A stretch of 64,000 bases of DNA, taken from positions 1 to 64,000 of the IMG/VR virus record IMGVR_UViG_3300028908_000006; one strand, given 5' to 3'. The notes under the pieces are model-generated. The model was given only the letters and a program-made list of their open reading frames with translations. It had not been told where the DNA came from and searched no databases. The DNA comes from a virus. The position numbers and the translations under genes were made by a program. Below, piece after piece: positions 17,913-27,831 of this stretch. Every line of letters starts with the position of its first letter. The stretch's first letter is position 1.

Positions 17913-20353
17913 TGAAGACCATAGATCTTCGCTTTGAAAAGCCAGAGAAGTGTGAGAAGTGTCAGTTTTTTCGGGCAGAGAGTGCCAAGTATGAATTTCC
18001 AGATAATCCAAAACTTGTTATCGTTGGAGAGTCCCTGGGTTATCGAGAAGTCCAGGAAGGGTCTCCATTTGTAGGAAAATCAGGAGCCTTCCTGAACACT
18101 CTTCTTTCCTTCTTTGATCTTACAAGAGACCAGGTTCATGTTACCAATGCTATCAAGTGTTTCCCTGGTGCTGGGAAGAACAAGGAGAAGATCAAGAAGC
18201 CGTCCATCAAGAAGTGCCTCTCCATCTTCCTTTCCCAGGAACTAGAAGAAACCAATCCCACACCGGTTCTTGTCCTTGGAGATCATGCCACCTACGCCAT
18301 CACCTTCTATCTATTTGGGAAAGGAAGAACCATCAAGGAGCTTGATGGGCGTGTAATTCAGAAGGATGGCCGGAAATATGCTTTCATGCGCCATCCTTCT
18401 TTCTATATGCGTCGCTATGGTGAAGGGAAGGCTGAAAAGGAATTTTACAACCATGGAAAGAAACTTCTTAAGGCCCTTTTTTCAGATGGTGCGGGAGACC
18501 TGAACTTTGACGATCCTCCACTCCCATTCACTTATCATGTTGGTGAGAGCCATCTTCTCTCCTTCCTATCTTCTCTTCCAGACAATGAAATCCTCATCTT
18601 TGACATTGAGACCAACGGCCTTCATTTCACCAACAAGGACATGGAGATAACCCTCATTGGTGTTTCAGACACCAGGGGAAACATCTTTGTGAACAAGCCA
18701 AGCAGGAAGATAATTGATGGTCTTTCCAGATTTCGTCTTGTGGCTCACAATGGAAAGTTTGACATCAACTTTATCAGGGCCAAGTATGGTATCAGGCTCA
18801 ATCTTTACTTTGACACCTTGCTTGCTGGTTATGCCATTGACCAGGGAAGAAAAGAGTATTCTCTTGAATCACTTACCTATACCTATGCACCAGACGCTGC
18901 TCTCTGGCGTGGAACTACCAAGTCAAAGAAGAAAGCGTCAACTCTTGATTTCGAGACTCTTGTTGAATACAACGCCATAGATGTCTATGCCACCTATCGG
19001 CTTTACCAGGAACTTTCACCAAAGCTGGAGTCTTCCTTCTTTTTCTGGGAAATTCTCATGCCAGCAACTGATATTTTTGCGGATGTAGAATTTCATGGCG
19101 CTTATGTAGATATTGAGCGTCTGCGATATATTGGAAACCTATGCCTTCACCTTAAATCTGTGGTGGAGAGAGACATCCGTTCTCTTCCTGAAGTTAACCA
19201 GCTTGAAGAAGAAAGAGGGACAAAATACAATCCAAGATCTTCCCAGCACAATCTTTTCATTCTCCAGCAAATAAAGAAACTGCAATATACAGATCCAAGA
19301 ACGAAGAAGACCTATCTTATTCCTTCGTCTAACAAGAAGATCCTGGCCAGGTTTAAGGATGATCGTTTTTGTAGTCTTCTTTTAAAGTATAGGAAGTATC
19401 AGAAGGCGTCCTCAACCTATGCTAAGGGTATAGAGAAGAAACTCATTCCAACCAAGTATCAAAACATCTTTAGAGGCTATCCATCCTTCTTTCTACATAG
19501 GACAGCAACGGGAAGGACTGCTTCAGGATCCCTTTTGACTGATTCTGCTTCCCCCATCACCCGCACGAAAGACGACATTTCTTTCAACTTCCAGAACTTC
19601 CCTCGTGGGAGGCTTATCCGTGGGATGATTATCCCACCGCCAGGATATATCATTGTATCGTTTGACTACTCCACCCTTGAAATGCGTATAGCAGCTGGCA
19701 TAGCCAACGAGCAACACCTAATTAAGGCCTTCATGGAAGGGCTTGATTTCCACACCTATATGGCTTCTCTTACCTTTGATGTGCCCTATGAAGAAGTAAC
19801 CAAAGAACAGCGTCAGCTGGCAAAGACCGTTTCGTTTGGGCTCCTCTATGGTGCATCTCCACTCTTGCTGGTGGAGAATTTTGGAATTTCAGAAGAGAGG
19901 GCTTATGAGATATACGACCGCTATTTTTCATCGGTGCCAAACATAAAAGCCTGGATAGACTCAACGATTGCCTTCATTGAAGAACACCATTATGTAGAAA
20001 CTCCCTTTGGTAGGAGAAGATATTTTTATGACCTTTCAAACAATGCTTACAAGCGTGAAGGTCCAAACATGGTGGTTCAATCTGTAGCCTCGGATCTCAT
20101 GCTCATTACGCTTTCTCTTATCAAGAAGGAACTACTTTCTCTTTCCTGGTGGGAGAGGGAAGTGATCTTCTTCTGTGCCGTCCATGATTCAGCTTCTTTC
20201 TATATCAAGGAAGACCAGGAAGTTATCGAAAAAGCAATTGACATATTCATCGATTGTGCTATGCTTAAGGTAGCAAGGATACCTGAAGTAGCTAGAGTAC
20301 TTTCAGGCTGCCCATTGCTGATAGATTTCAAGGTGGGGAAAAGATGGGAATAG
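17912..20353 (+). CDS. polA: family A DNA polymerase with N-terminal family-4 uracil-DNA glycosylase and 3'-5' exonuclease
   Basis: UDG: CEKC, IVGE, PFVGKSG, TNAIKC, HPS; exo: FDIET, HNGKFD, YNAID; pol: TATGR, DYSTLEMR, KTVSFGLLYG, VHD. Confidence 0.95.
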   Translation: MKTIDLRFEKPEKCEKCQFFRAESAKYEFPDNPKLVIVGESLGYREVQEGSPFVGKSGAFLNTLLSFFDLTRDQVHVTNAIKCFPGAGKNKEKIKKPSIKKCLSIFLSQELEETNPTPVLVLGDHATYAITFYLFGKGRTIKELDGRVIQKDGRKYAFMRHPSFYMRRYGEGKAEKEFYNHGKKLLKALFSDGAGDLNFDDPPLPFTYHVGESHLLSFLSSLPDNEILIFDIETNGLHFTNKDMEITLIGVSDTRGNIFVNKPSRKIIDGLSRFRLVAHNGKFDINFIRAKYGIRLNLYFDTLLAGYAIDQGRKEYSLESLTYTYAPDAALWRGTTKSKKKASTLDFETLVEYNAIDVYATYRLYQELSPKLESSFFFWEILMPATDIFADVEFHGAYVDIERLRYIGNLCLHLKSVVERDIRSLPEVNQLEEERGTKYNPRSSQHNLFILQQIKKLQYTDPRTKKTYLIPSSNKKILARFKDDRFCSLLLKYRKYQKASSTYAKGIEKKLIPTKYQNIFRGYPSFFLHRTATGRTASGSLLTDSASPITRTKDDISFNFQNFPRGRLIRGMIIPPPGYIIVSFDYSTLEMRIAAGIANEQHLIKAFMEGLDFHTYMASLTFDVPYEEVTKEQRQLAKTVSFGLLYGASPLLLVENFGISEERAYEIYDRYFSSVPNIKAWIDSTIAFIEEHHYVETPFGRRRYFYDLSNNAYKREGPNMVVQSVASDLMLITLSLIKKELLSLSWWEREVIFFCAVHDSASFYIKEDQEVIEKAIDIFIDCAMLKVARIPEVARVLSGCPLLIDFKVGKRWE

Positions 20354-20928
20354 GTCATATCTGCCCCAAATGTAAGTCAGGAAAGGTTGAAATCAGCCAG
20401 AAGGCATTTACTTGCCTTGAGTGTGGCTTTAGCCTTAATTTCAATACCAGAAAGGAGAGTGATAGTGTGGAAGCCCAGAAGAAACTAAAGAAGACAGACA
20501 TCATTAGAAAGATGATCTCTGAAGGTAAATCCCTTCATGAGATCCAGGCGTGGTTTGATGAGCATTTCAACCTCACGCCACGCCAGCGCCAGTATATCAA
20601 GGAAGCCTACAATGACATCATCTCCCGCGGAAAAACCACTCGCCCAGCCCAGCTCAAACCGAAGATGGAAGTTACTCCTACACCCAAGCAATCTCTTCCT
20701 GAGAAGAAATCTCCTATTGAGTCGGAAATAGAAAGACTCAAGTTTGAATTAGAAGTAGAAAAGATCAAGCAGGAACTTGATTCCCTTCCTATTGGCCTTG
20801 AAAAGGCTGATGTGGTCCTTAAGAGACTTCACCTTTATGTGTCTGTCATGCGGAATATTTTAGACCGCCTGGCAGATGTTTTAGCCACACTTATTCTGAA
20901 GGAGGCTACCAAACATGAAAGCAAATGA
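20344..20928 (+). CDS. Zn-ribbon/coiled-coil hypothetical protein
   Basis: CPKC...CLECG. Confidence 0.6.
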   Translation: MGIGHICPKCKSGKVEISQKAFTCLECGFSLNFNTRKESDSVEAQKKLKKTDIIRKMISEGKSLHEIQAWFDEHFNLTPRQRQYIKEAYNDIISRGKTTRPAQLKPKMEVTPTPKQSLPEKKSPIESEIERLKFELEVEKIKQELDSLPIGLEKADVVLKRLHLYVSVMRNILDRLADVLATLILKEATKHESK

Positions 20929-21397
20929 AGTAAATCCATCCCTTGTATTATCCTGGCTCAAGATTGAGGAAGGGTCTGTTGATGACCTCAAGCGTGACCT
21001 TGCTAAGCAACCCTTGAGAACGGCCCTGGTTCAGGCCAGGGTGGATACTGAAAGGCAGAAATTGGCGGATCTTGAGAATGAACTCCGTATGAAGCAGCTT
21101 GATCTTGACACCTATGTATCGAAAAGAGTTGTGGAGTTTAGGGAGTCCGGCAAGGCAAAGTCTGAAACAGCGGTTACAAACTATAGGAAATTTGATTTGG
21201 AGGCTGATCCAAAGGTAATCAACTATAAAACCAAGATAAATGAACTTCGTAAGGCTGTAGCAGACCAAGAAAACCTTGTTCGATCTTGGGAAGGTCTCAT
21301 GGCTCGTCTGAGGGAAAAGACAATGATTCTTCTTTCCAGGATCAAGCTTGAGATTTATCTAGCAAAGGGTGTAGATTCTATAATGGAAGAAATATAA
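20915..21397 (+). CDS. helical protein, possibly UvsY-like recombination mediator
   Basis: coiled-coil 160 aa next to SSB; AAGGAGG RBS. Confidence 0.45.
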   Translation: MKANEVNPSLVLSWLKIEEGSVDDLKRDLAKQPLRTALVQARVDTERQKLADLENELRMKQLDLDTYVSKRVVEFRESGKAKSETAVTNYRKFDLEADPKVINYKTKINELRKAVADQENLVRSWEGLMARLREKTMILLSRIKLEIYLAKGVDSIMEEI

Positions 21398-21418
21398 AAA
21401 GATGGAGGTGATTGGTTT

Positions 21419-22255
21419 ATGACTTGGTGGATTAGAAAGGAAAAAGGTGTAGAAGATGTCGATTTAAAAAAGGGGATCGATGCATTGGGCTCTCCTTGCC
21501 TTTGGTATTTTTTCAAGCTTGAGTGCCCGTTATGTCAGAGAGCTGCTGAGCTTTACAGGAAGTATGACATGACTAAAGATGAAAAGGTGAAGCAGAAGGC
21601 CCAATCTGTCTACGCTAAGCGAACTCCCATGGCTTTTGCTATCTTCTCGTCTGAACACGAAGACCTTCAACATCTCAAAAACAAACCTGTGGTGATAGTT
21701 CTTCCTATTGACCATGTAGTGGGAGCGATTTCGAATCGTCTTGTAAGTAAGGAATGGGAAGGCGATCCCACCGATATTGAAAACGGTTACATTGTTACCA
21801 TTTGGCGGAAATACAAGCAGGGAGAGCGATTTGCTAATTGGTATGTCAAGCGTGGTAAGCCCCTGCCACTTACCAAGGAAAAAGTGAAGACACTTTACAA
21901 GAAACTTGCTCTTCCAAATCCCAAGCAGGATAAAGGAGCCTTTTTGAACTGGCTCTATAACAAACATCCAGAGTTGGTAGTGGTTTCCTGGGCGGATATT
22001 CCAGCCGATACAGAGGTAGATCTCAGGATTCTTCCTTGGCCTTGGAAGACTGCAAGTGGCGAATATATACCTGAGAATGAAGTTGACCAGGAAGCTTCTC
22101 CTTTCAAGGTCATGCGCTTCCATTGGCGGCTGGGAGAAGATGTAGTAGGCCGCCTTAAGGAAGCTGAATTTGACATCTCTCGATTCAACCCATCCAAGGA
22201 AGAAGAAGATATTCCACTTAGTAGTGAGTCTGGAGACCTGCTGGATGAAGTCTAG
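21419..22255 (+). CDS. gp32-like single-stranded DNA-binding protein
   Basis: CPLCQ...LY...KAQSVYAKR; D..NGY; acidic C-terminal tail. Confidence 0.7.
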   Translation: MTWWIRKEKGVEDVDLKKGIDALGSPCLWYFFKLECPLCQRAAELYRKYDMTKDEKVKQKAQSVYAKRTPMAFAIFSSEHEDLQHLKNKPVVIVLPIDHVVGAISNRLVSKEWEGDPTDIENGYIVTIWRKYKQGERFANWYVKRGKPLPLTKEKVKTLYKKLALPNPKQDKGAFLNWLYNKHPELVVVSWADIPADTEVDLRILPWPWKTASGEYIPENEVDQEASPFKVMRFHWRLGEDVVGRLKEAEFDISRFNPSKEEEDIPLSSESGDLLDEV

Positions 22256-23180
22256 ACCAGCACTTGAGTCATTCGTTGGCAACACGCAGGCAGTTGGTCA
22301 CGTGAGAGCGATTATAGAATCAGGCCAGCTGCCTGCTACCACTCTCTTCATTGGTCCTCCCGGAACTGGGAAAACCACCTTGGCTAGAATCCTTGCTTCA
22401 AATTTTGCTCCACCGCAGTCAATAGTTGAACACGACTCTGCCAATCTTTCTGGCGTGGAATATGGAAGGCAGCTTGCCAAGTTAGCAGAGACTCCGCCAT
22501 TTGCGGGGGACTTTCGCGTCTTCATTCTGGATGAAGTTCAGAGAGCCACTCCACACTTCTTTGACGCTCTTCTCAAGCCAATGGAAGAAGCAAGATATGC
22601 CAGGTTTATTCTTTGCACGACGGACTTTTCGTTCCCTTCAAAATTCCCAACCATCTCTTCAAGGGCAGTCAAGATAAAGACTCGAACCCTTACCAAAGAA
22701 GAGACTCGTGTTCTAATTGCCCGTAAACTTGGTAAGAAGAGAGCCACACCACAACTTACTTCCCTTGTCTGGGAGCTTACAGGTGGATCTCCCAGGGACA
22801 TCATTCTTGCCTGTGGTGAGATAGACCGTCTTGGACCGGAGAAGGGCCTGATATATCTTCAGGAGCAGTTCTTTATCAAGAAGGGTGGAAACGTCTCAAA
22901 GTTTGCCCTGGCTCTTCTGTCTTCCAAGACAACAGATGAAGAGCTGGAAAAACTTTTCTACTCCATCCAAGACAAGATTCAGGCGAGGCCTGAGGAGGTT
23001 CGCCTTGTAATCAAACAAAAACTAGAGGAGGCGATAAGAACTAAAACGCTTCCGATTTCAAAACTTTTTTCACTTGCTCCAGCCATTCCTATTCTTGATG
23101 AGCTAACACGAGAATGGTATAGTTACCTTGACGCTGTCAAGGCAATAGTGAAGATAAGGAGAAGTATCTATGGTGGATGA
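22245..23180 (+). CDS. clamp-loader AAA+ subunit (DnaX/RFC-like)
   Basis: SRP..LESFVG, GPPGTGKTT, VFILDEVQ, LLKPMEE, ISSRA, GSPRD. Confidence 0.85.
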   Translation: MKSRPALESFVGNTQAVGHVRAIIESGQLPATTLFIGPPGTGKTTLARILASNFAPPQSIVEHDSANLSGVEYGRQLAKLAETPPFAGDFRVFILDEVQRATPHFFDALLKPMEEARYARFILCTTDFSFPSKFPTISSRAVKIKTRTLTKEETRVLIARKLGKKRATPQLTSLVWELTGGSPRDIILACGEIDRLGPEKGLIYLQEQFFIKKGGNVSKFALALLSSKTTDEELEKLFYSIQDKIQARPEEVRLVIKQKLEEAIRTKTLPISKLFSLAPAIPILDELTREWYSYLDAVKAIVKIRRSIYGG

Positions 23181-23367
23181 TTTTATTGTAGCCGGTGTAA
23201 CCCATATAGGGGAAGCCATTAAGCGACTGAAGGACGGTGAGACTGTTCTTGTTTCCCCGCCTTACTTGAATCCTCTGGTCTTAAAAGCTGCTGAAGAAGG
23301 GTTGGAATTACAAGTTACAGATGGAGGTATGTTTTATTATGCAGAAGTTAAAAGTGATAGAGATTAA
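23170..23367 (+). CDS. hypothetical protein
   Basis: 65 aa; coupled to neighbours. Confidence 0.5.
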   Translation: MVDDFIVAGVTHIGEAIKRLKDGETVLVSPPYLNPLVLKAAEEGLELQVTDGGMFYYAEVKSDRD

Positions 23368-23605
23368 GTCCTCTCCCCTTGAAGAGCGCCTCAGAGAGTT
23401 GATCGAAAAGCATAAGGATGAGATAAAGAATATCGAAGCAGACGATATAATCGTATTGTCATTCAACAAGAAGAGTGGTGAGCTGTCGGTTATAGCCGAT
23501 CCTGACGAGTTACCTGTAAGGCATATATGTTCTCGTCTAATGGAGGCCTATCAACATCTGTTTGCAGCCATGGTTGTCAGGGCAGCGGTGGAATCTCTAA
23601 CATGA
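23321..23605 (+). CDS. hypothetical protein
   Basis: GGAGG RBS before MQKL. Confidence 0.55.
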   Translation: MEVCFIMQKLKVIEIKSSPLEERLRELIEKHKDEIKNIEADDIIVLSFNKKSGELSVIADPDELPVRHICSRLMEAYQHLFAAMVVRAAVESLT

Positions 23606-24423
23606 GAATCATTTCATCTGATAGACAATTTTACCTTATAAAACGAAACAATAGAGCATTTTACGTTCTCGGGACTGATATATATGATGTAGCCCATGTA
23701 GAACTTCCCTCTTATGATCTATCATGGCATGAAACAGTAATTCACCATAGAAGAGAGATGCCTGTTACTTTGTATGGCCATGAAACAACGATAGGCCATT
23801 TTACGATCCAGGAAAATCTGGAGAACATAAGGCTGTGGGGAGTGATAACCGGGACAGCTGAGCTTACAGAAGGAAAGCAGGGAAAACCAGATGACGGACT
23901 TGCCATTGCATTTGCTGCTTTCATGATGTATTCCTCTCGAAGAACTTTAGCGGCCTCCAAGCACAATAAGGTGCGGGAAGTTGCTGCGGCCTATATTGAT
24001 GAGCCTCCGCAAGAGTTCATGGATTCTATCATGGATCTGACTGTGTCAGCCAGGAAGAAGTTTGTCATCAAGGTCTTTGATTGGCTCCAAGTATTGGGAG
24101 CATTCTCATATAAAAAGAGAAAAATCATAATTACTGTCAGAAACAATATTTACCGCCTCATATTTCAGGCGTTACTATATGACATTGGATCTCAGTTTAC
24201 AATGAAACTCACCAGAGATTATACGAAGTTTGTATTCCCCTGGGGATATGAGATTTCAAAGCTCAGGAAGCCTGATTACAGGCCGAAACTGGAAGTCAAG
24301 ACGACACGATTGAAGGGGACGGAGCCTGTGCTGGATCGCAACCTCCTGATTTACAGAGGGGATTATCTCGGCAACAATATGGTTCTTCGGAGCGGATCTG
24401 GTGAAGAAGTATCCAGCAACTAA
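23602..24423 (+). CDS. stand-alone degenerate intein-like protein (Hint + LAGLIDADG-like fold)
   Basis: Intein block-like segments in canonical order, without Cys1, TxxH or His-Asn. Confidence 0.5.
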   Translation: MRIISSDRQFYLIKRNNRAFYVLGTDIYDVAHVELPSYDLSWHETVIHHRREMPVTLYGHETTIGHFTIQENLENIRLWGVITGTAELTEGKQGKPDDGLAIAFAAFMMYSSRRTLAASKHNKVREVAAAYIDEPPQEFMDSIMDLTVSARKKFVIKVFDWLQVLGAFSYKKRKIIITVRNNIYRLIFQALLYDIGSQFTMKLTRDYTKFVFPWGYEISKLRKPDYRPKLEVKTTRLKGTEPVLDRNLLIYRGDYLGNNMVLRSGSGEEVSSN

Positions 24424-24781
24424 GGAAGGGATTGAGCAATTCCTTGACGATCTGGTCACAAGAGAGATAGCTATACTTATTGAAGGTGAAGGATCATATA
24501 GAGCAATTATTTCTTTTTTAGACAAGATGGATATTAAGTGGGCTTCTGGAAGTAATATTGATGATCCTTCCCGCAATTACCAATTATGGATACCTATTGT
24601 TGGTCGTAGATTTCTTCTCTTTATCTATGCTGGTGAAAAAGGATTTAGGGCCTTGGTAGGCGGTCTCGAAAGAAGCGAAGACTACTTTGGAGTGGAAGAA
24701 TTCATGGCAAAATTCGAAGATATAGACTACAAGCCTGTCCGTAGCGAATATGATGGACTTATAGAAAAGTTTCTCCTATGA
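24401..24781 (+). CDS. hypothetical protein, paralog family P
   Basis: IKWASG motif; ends IEKFLL. Confidence 0.6.
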   Translation: MKKYPATKEGIEQFLDDLVTREIAILIEGEGSYRAIISFLDKMDIKWASGSNIDDPSRNYQLWIPIVGRRFLLFIYAGEKGFRALVGGLERSEDYFGVEEFMAKFEDIDYKPVRSEYDGLIEKFLL

Positions 24782-24794
24782 TAATATCCGTCCC

Positions 24795-25193
24795 ATGGAT
24801 AAGAAGGGTTTGAAACATCTTATTAAGCACCTTGCCAAGATTCATGGCGGCGAATACGTTGTATCGGTTAAAAATAAAGGCCAGTTTGACAGATTAAAGG
24901 AAATTTTAAGTGGCACCGGGATTAAAACCGTCTCTGGAACTAGTATTGAAGATCTTGATTATTTCGCTCTATATAAATATTTTAGCCAGTTCTATCCTAC
25001 TCTTTTTCATTTGAAGAAAACACTTTACATTCATTTCGCCCTTAATAGGGGCAAAGACGAAATTGAAGTGTCACTATCATGCTTATCTCTTAATCATGTT
25101 GATTTGTCAGTTTTCATACAGACAATAGGACAACTTGGAACCTACCCATCTGAGCAACTAGGTGATAATGTTATTGAGACACTATTTCTATGA
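24795..25193 (+). CDS. hypothetical protein, paralog family P
   Basis: IKTVSG motif; ends IETLFL. Confidence 0.6.
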   Translation: MDKKGLKHLIKHLAKIHGGEYVVSVKNKGQFDRLKEILSGTGIKTVSGTSIEDLDYFALYKYFSQFYPTLFHLKKTLYIHFALNRGKDEIEVSLSCLSLNHVDLSVFIQTIGQLGTYPSEQLGDNVIETLFL

Positions 25194-25552
25194 AGACAAG
25201 ATCTTGTAAAGCCAAAGGAAGAAGACTTCAGAACAAGATTGCAAAAGAGCTTGCCGAGTTGTTTGGCCTGGAGCTTGGCAAAGAAAAGGACATCTGGCCC
25301 AGGGTGATGGGAGAGGATGGACCAGATATAGCCCTAGCCAAGCATATAAGGGAGATTATTCCGCTTTCTATCGAATGCAAGAACCAGGAGAAGTGGAATG
25401 TCCATTCTTTTGTGGAGCAGGCTAAAAAACAAGCCTACCCAAACACAGAATGGGTTGTTATAATGAGTAGGAACTACCAGCGGGAACCTTTTGTAGTGGT
25501 ATCTTGGAAGTTTTTTAAATTCCTTCTCAAAAAGGCTTATGGCAATAAGTAA
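25190..25552 (+). CDS. Holliday junction resolvase (Hjc-like PD-(D/E)xK)
   Basis: KAKGRRLQ, GPDI, IECKNQEKW. Confidence 0.8.
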   Translation: MKTRSCKAKGRRLQNKIAKELAELFGLELGKEKDIWPRVMGEDGPDIALAKHIREIIPLSIECKNQEKWNVHSFVEQAKKQAYPNTEWVVIMSRNYQREPFVVVSWKFFKFLLKKAYGNK

Positions 25553-26075
25553 AGAGAGAGCAAAAGAGCTTGCAGGCCGGTTTGTGCAGGTGGTGCAAGA
25601 GCATGAATTTCCAGCAACTGACGAATTTTTTGAGATATTTCCCAGTTTTAAACACGATTCAAGAGCGCCGTCAATCTTTCCCGTGAAGGTATCTACCTTG
25701 GAAGAGCACGGTCTCTTTGTAGCTTTAGTAAAACGCTTGGTTGCTGATCGTAAACCATTTAGTTACGATTTTGGGTATAGATCTTACTTAATACGTAGTT
25801 TACTAGAAGAGTTGCCTTACTATCTTATTTTTGTTCATGTCCATACTCCAGAGGAAGGATATGCTATCAGAACATCTTCTTCTTGGGTAGGCCGGTTCTT
25901 TTGTGCAGAGGATATTATAACTCTGCTTGAAGATCAAGAGTTTGATCCTAAACTGCTTGTCGCTAGGGTATCTATAACCAAGGTAGGGAATAAGCAGAAT
26001 GAAGAGATACATCCCAATGAGGAGAAGTCAGTTGTATGTAACGACTATACCGTAATAAAGACAATCTTCCTATAG
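25539..26075 (+). CDS. hypothetical protein, paralog family P
   Basis: FPATDEF...IFPVKVSTLEEH; clear paralog of 26110. Confidence 0.65.
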   Translation: MAISKERAKELAGRFVQVVQEHEFPATDEFFEIFPSFKHDSRAPSIFPVKVSTLEEHGLFVALVKRLVADRKPFSYDFGYRSYLIRSLLEELPYYLIFVHVHTPEEGYAIRTSSSWVGRFFCAEDIITLLEDQEFDPKLLVARVSITKVGNKQNEEIHPNEEKSVVCNDYTVIKTIFL

Positions 26076-26109
26076 TAAGGAATTTTTAAATTTTTTCTCA
26101 AGAAGGCTT

Positions 26110-26637
26110 ATGGCAGATAAAATAACCATGTATGAGATCACTAGAAGGTTTGAAAGGCTCCTGCGGGAGTATGGGTTTCCTGCAACCTCAGAATTCCTGG
26201 ATCTGTTTCCAGGGTTTCGGGCCGCTTCAAGATATCCTTTGATCTTTCCTGTGCGGATTTCCAATGAAGAAGAGCACGCTTTCTTCTTTTCTTTGTTTAA
26301 GGCGTTGGTAAATAACGGCATAATTATAACGCATGATATTGGAGCTAAGCTATTCTCTTCAAATCCGCCAGAGAGCACGCCTTACTGCCTGTTTTTTATC
26401 AATGTCGTAACGCTTAAGGACGCTTTTACAGTTCGGACCTCTACTTTCTGGTGGGGCCGGACTTTTCAAGCCAGCGAAGTGATGGAAATCCTTGCTAGTG
26501 ACGATTTTATGCCAAGCTCTTTGGTCGCTACGACGCCTATAGGGAATGAAGCACCTAAGGGGGATACAAAAACCATTAAGGAAGATAAGATTGATGGCTA
26601 CGATGAAAATGCTGTTGTAAGGAGTATTTTCTTGTGA
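26110..26637 (+). CDS. hypothetical protein, paralog family P
   Basis: FPATSEF...IFPVRISNEEEH. Confidence 0.65.
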   Translation: MADKITMYEITRRFERLLREYGFPATSEFLDLFPGFRAASRYPLIFPVRISNEEEHAFFFSLFKALVNNGIIITHDIGAKLFSSNPPESTPYCLFFINVVTLKDAFTVRTSTFWWGRTFQASEVMEILASDDFMPSSLVATTPIGNEAPKGDTKTIKEDKIDGYDENAVVRSIFL

Positions 26638-26960
26638 TGGTAGATTTAGAGAAATGTCTTGCTGACTTTTTCTTTATTGTTTTTGATAAAAAACTTTCTT
26701 GTGTAATTAAAATTCAGACTCAAGAAGAATACGGTGACTTTGTCAAGTTTCTTGAGCCAATTAAAGCAGTTGGGTTTATTGGAAATTATAGTATCACGGA
26801 TAATAAGTCTTGCGGCTTTCCTACAGCCCTAAAACTTTTTATAGATTTTAATCCTGGGCGGATGAAATTAAATGTCGTTCCAACGCAGGAAGTCTGTGAT
26901 GCTATTTCCATCTCCGCTTTTTTTGAAAAAGTTACAGATGTTCTGAAGTTAGAGCTATGA
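26634..26960 (+). CDS. hypothetical protein, possible family P
   Basis: VIKIQTQEEY motif. Confidence 0.55.
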   Translation: MMVDLEKCLADFFFIVFDKKLSCVIKIQTQEEYGDFVKFLEPIKAVGFIGNYSITDNKSCGFPTALKLFIDFNPGRMKLNVVPTQEVCDAISISAFFEKVTDVLKLEL

Positions 26961-27265
26961 ATCTTTCTTACCGCATGGTCTATAAGGGAACCACTTATCT
27001 CCGCTATGGTTATATCGTAGTGGGCTCATCTTTTCTTGAGAAACGGCCAGAACTTCTTTTTGAAGCCTTCTCGAAAATAAAGTTCTTGCCCACCAAGGTA
27101 GTTCATGATATTATAGAGCAGAAACTTACCTACTACGGTCTGTCACCACATTTTGATTTTATCAAGGTTGGAGAGAAGGCACCGCAGTATGAGATCTTTA
27201 TTTCTCCTGCTTCCTTCCTTGGAAGCAAGGAGACAATTGTAAAAGTAGTCAAGAAAGGAGAATAG
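26957..27265 (+). CDS. hypothetical protein
   Basis: 102 aa; LTYYGLSPHFD...P.Y. Confidence 0.6.
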   Translation: MNLSYRMVYKGTTYLRYGYIVVGSSFLEKRPELLFEAFSKIKFLPTKVVHDIIEQKLTYYGLSPHFDFIKVGEKAPQYEIFISPASFLGSKETIVKVVKKGE

Positions 27266-27268
27266 CCT

Positions 27269-27817
27269 ATGGTTGAACTATCTCCACAACAACTAGCCTA
27301 TGATCTTACAGAGTCTCTCTTCACCAAGAATATTATCATAAGGGACTGTGAGGTTATCCTACGTGGTGGAGAGAAATCAAACTTCTATATTGACTTCAAG
27401 TCCTCTGCTATGACTTCTCCTGAGATATTGAACGCTATAAACTATGAGCTACACAAACAGCTCACAACGATGTTCTTCCAAAGACCCATCCAGCTGGTAG
27501 GAAAAGGGCTTTCTGGTGCCATCATGGTAACCTCACTTCTTTCTTTTGCCCCCTATATATTTAAGGGTATAATAATCCGTCCTGAAGTAAAATCTCATGG
27601 CTATGTCTCCCAAATAGTAGGCGACATAAATCCAACCGCACCCATTGTTATTTTGGATGATGTTGTGACTACGGGCGGGACTATCAAGGAAATTGCTTCC
27701 TTCCTGCCAAGGAAGCCAGACTGCGCTTTCGTTCTTGTAAGAAGGAATAGTATTGACCATGTGGAAGGAGTACCTGTCTATTCTCTCTTTGAAGTTAAGG
27801 AACTTGACACGAACTAG
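27269..27817 (+). CDS. pyrE: orotate phosphoribosyltransferase
   Basis: LRGGEKSNFYID, IIRPEVKSHG, VILDDVVTTGGT PRPP motif. Confidence 0.85.
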   Translation: MVELSPQQLAYDLTESLFTKNIIIRDCEVILRGGEKSNFYIDFKSSAMTSPEILNAINYELHKQLTTMFFQRPIQLVGKGLSGAIMVTSLLSFAPYIFKGIIIRPEVKSHGYVSQIVGDINPTAPIVILDDVVTTGGTIKEIASFLPRKPDCAFVLVRRNSIDHVEGVPVYSLFEVKELDTN

Positions 27818-27831
27818 AAGGAGGTTCCTCA

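Noticed and set aside
1262-20353. Inteins or introns in NrdJ, RecA, helicase or PolA
   Set aside because: Sizes and motif spacing are normal; no C...HN boundaries seen
21530-22285. 251-aa - strand ORF
   Set aside because: Antisense to the SSB gene, no motifs or RBS
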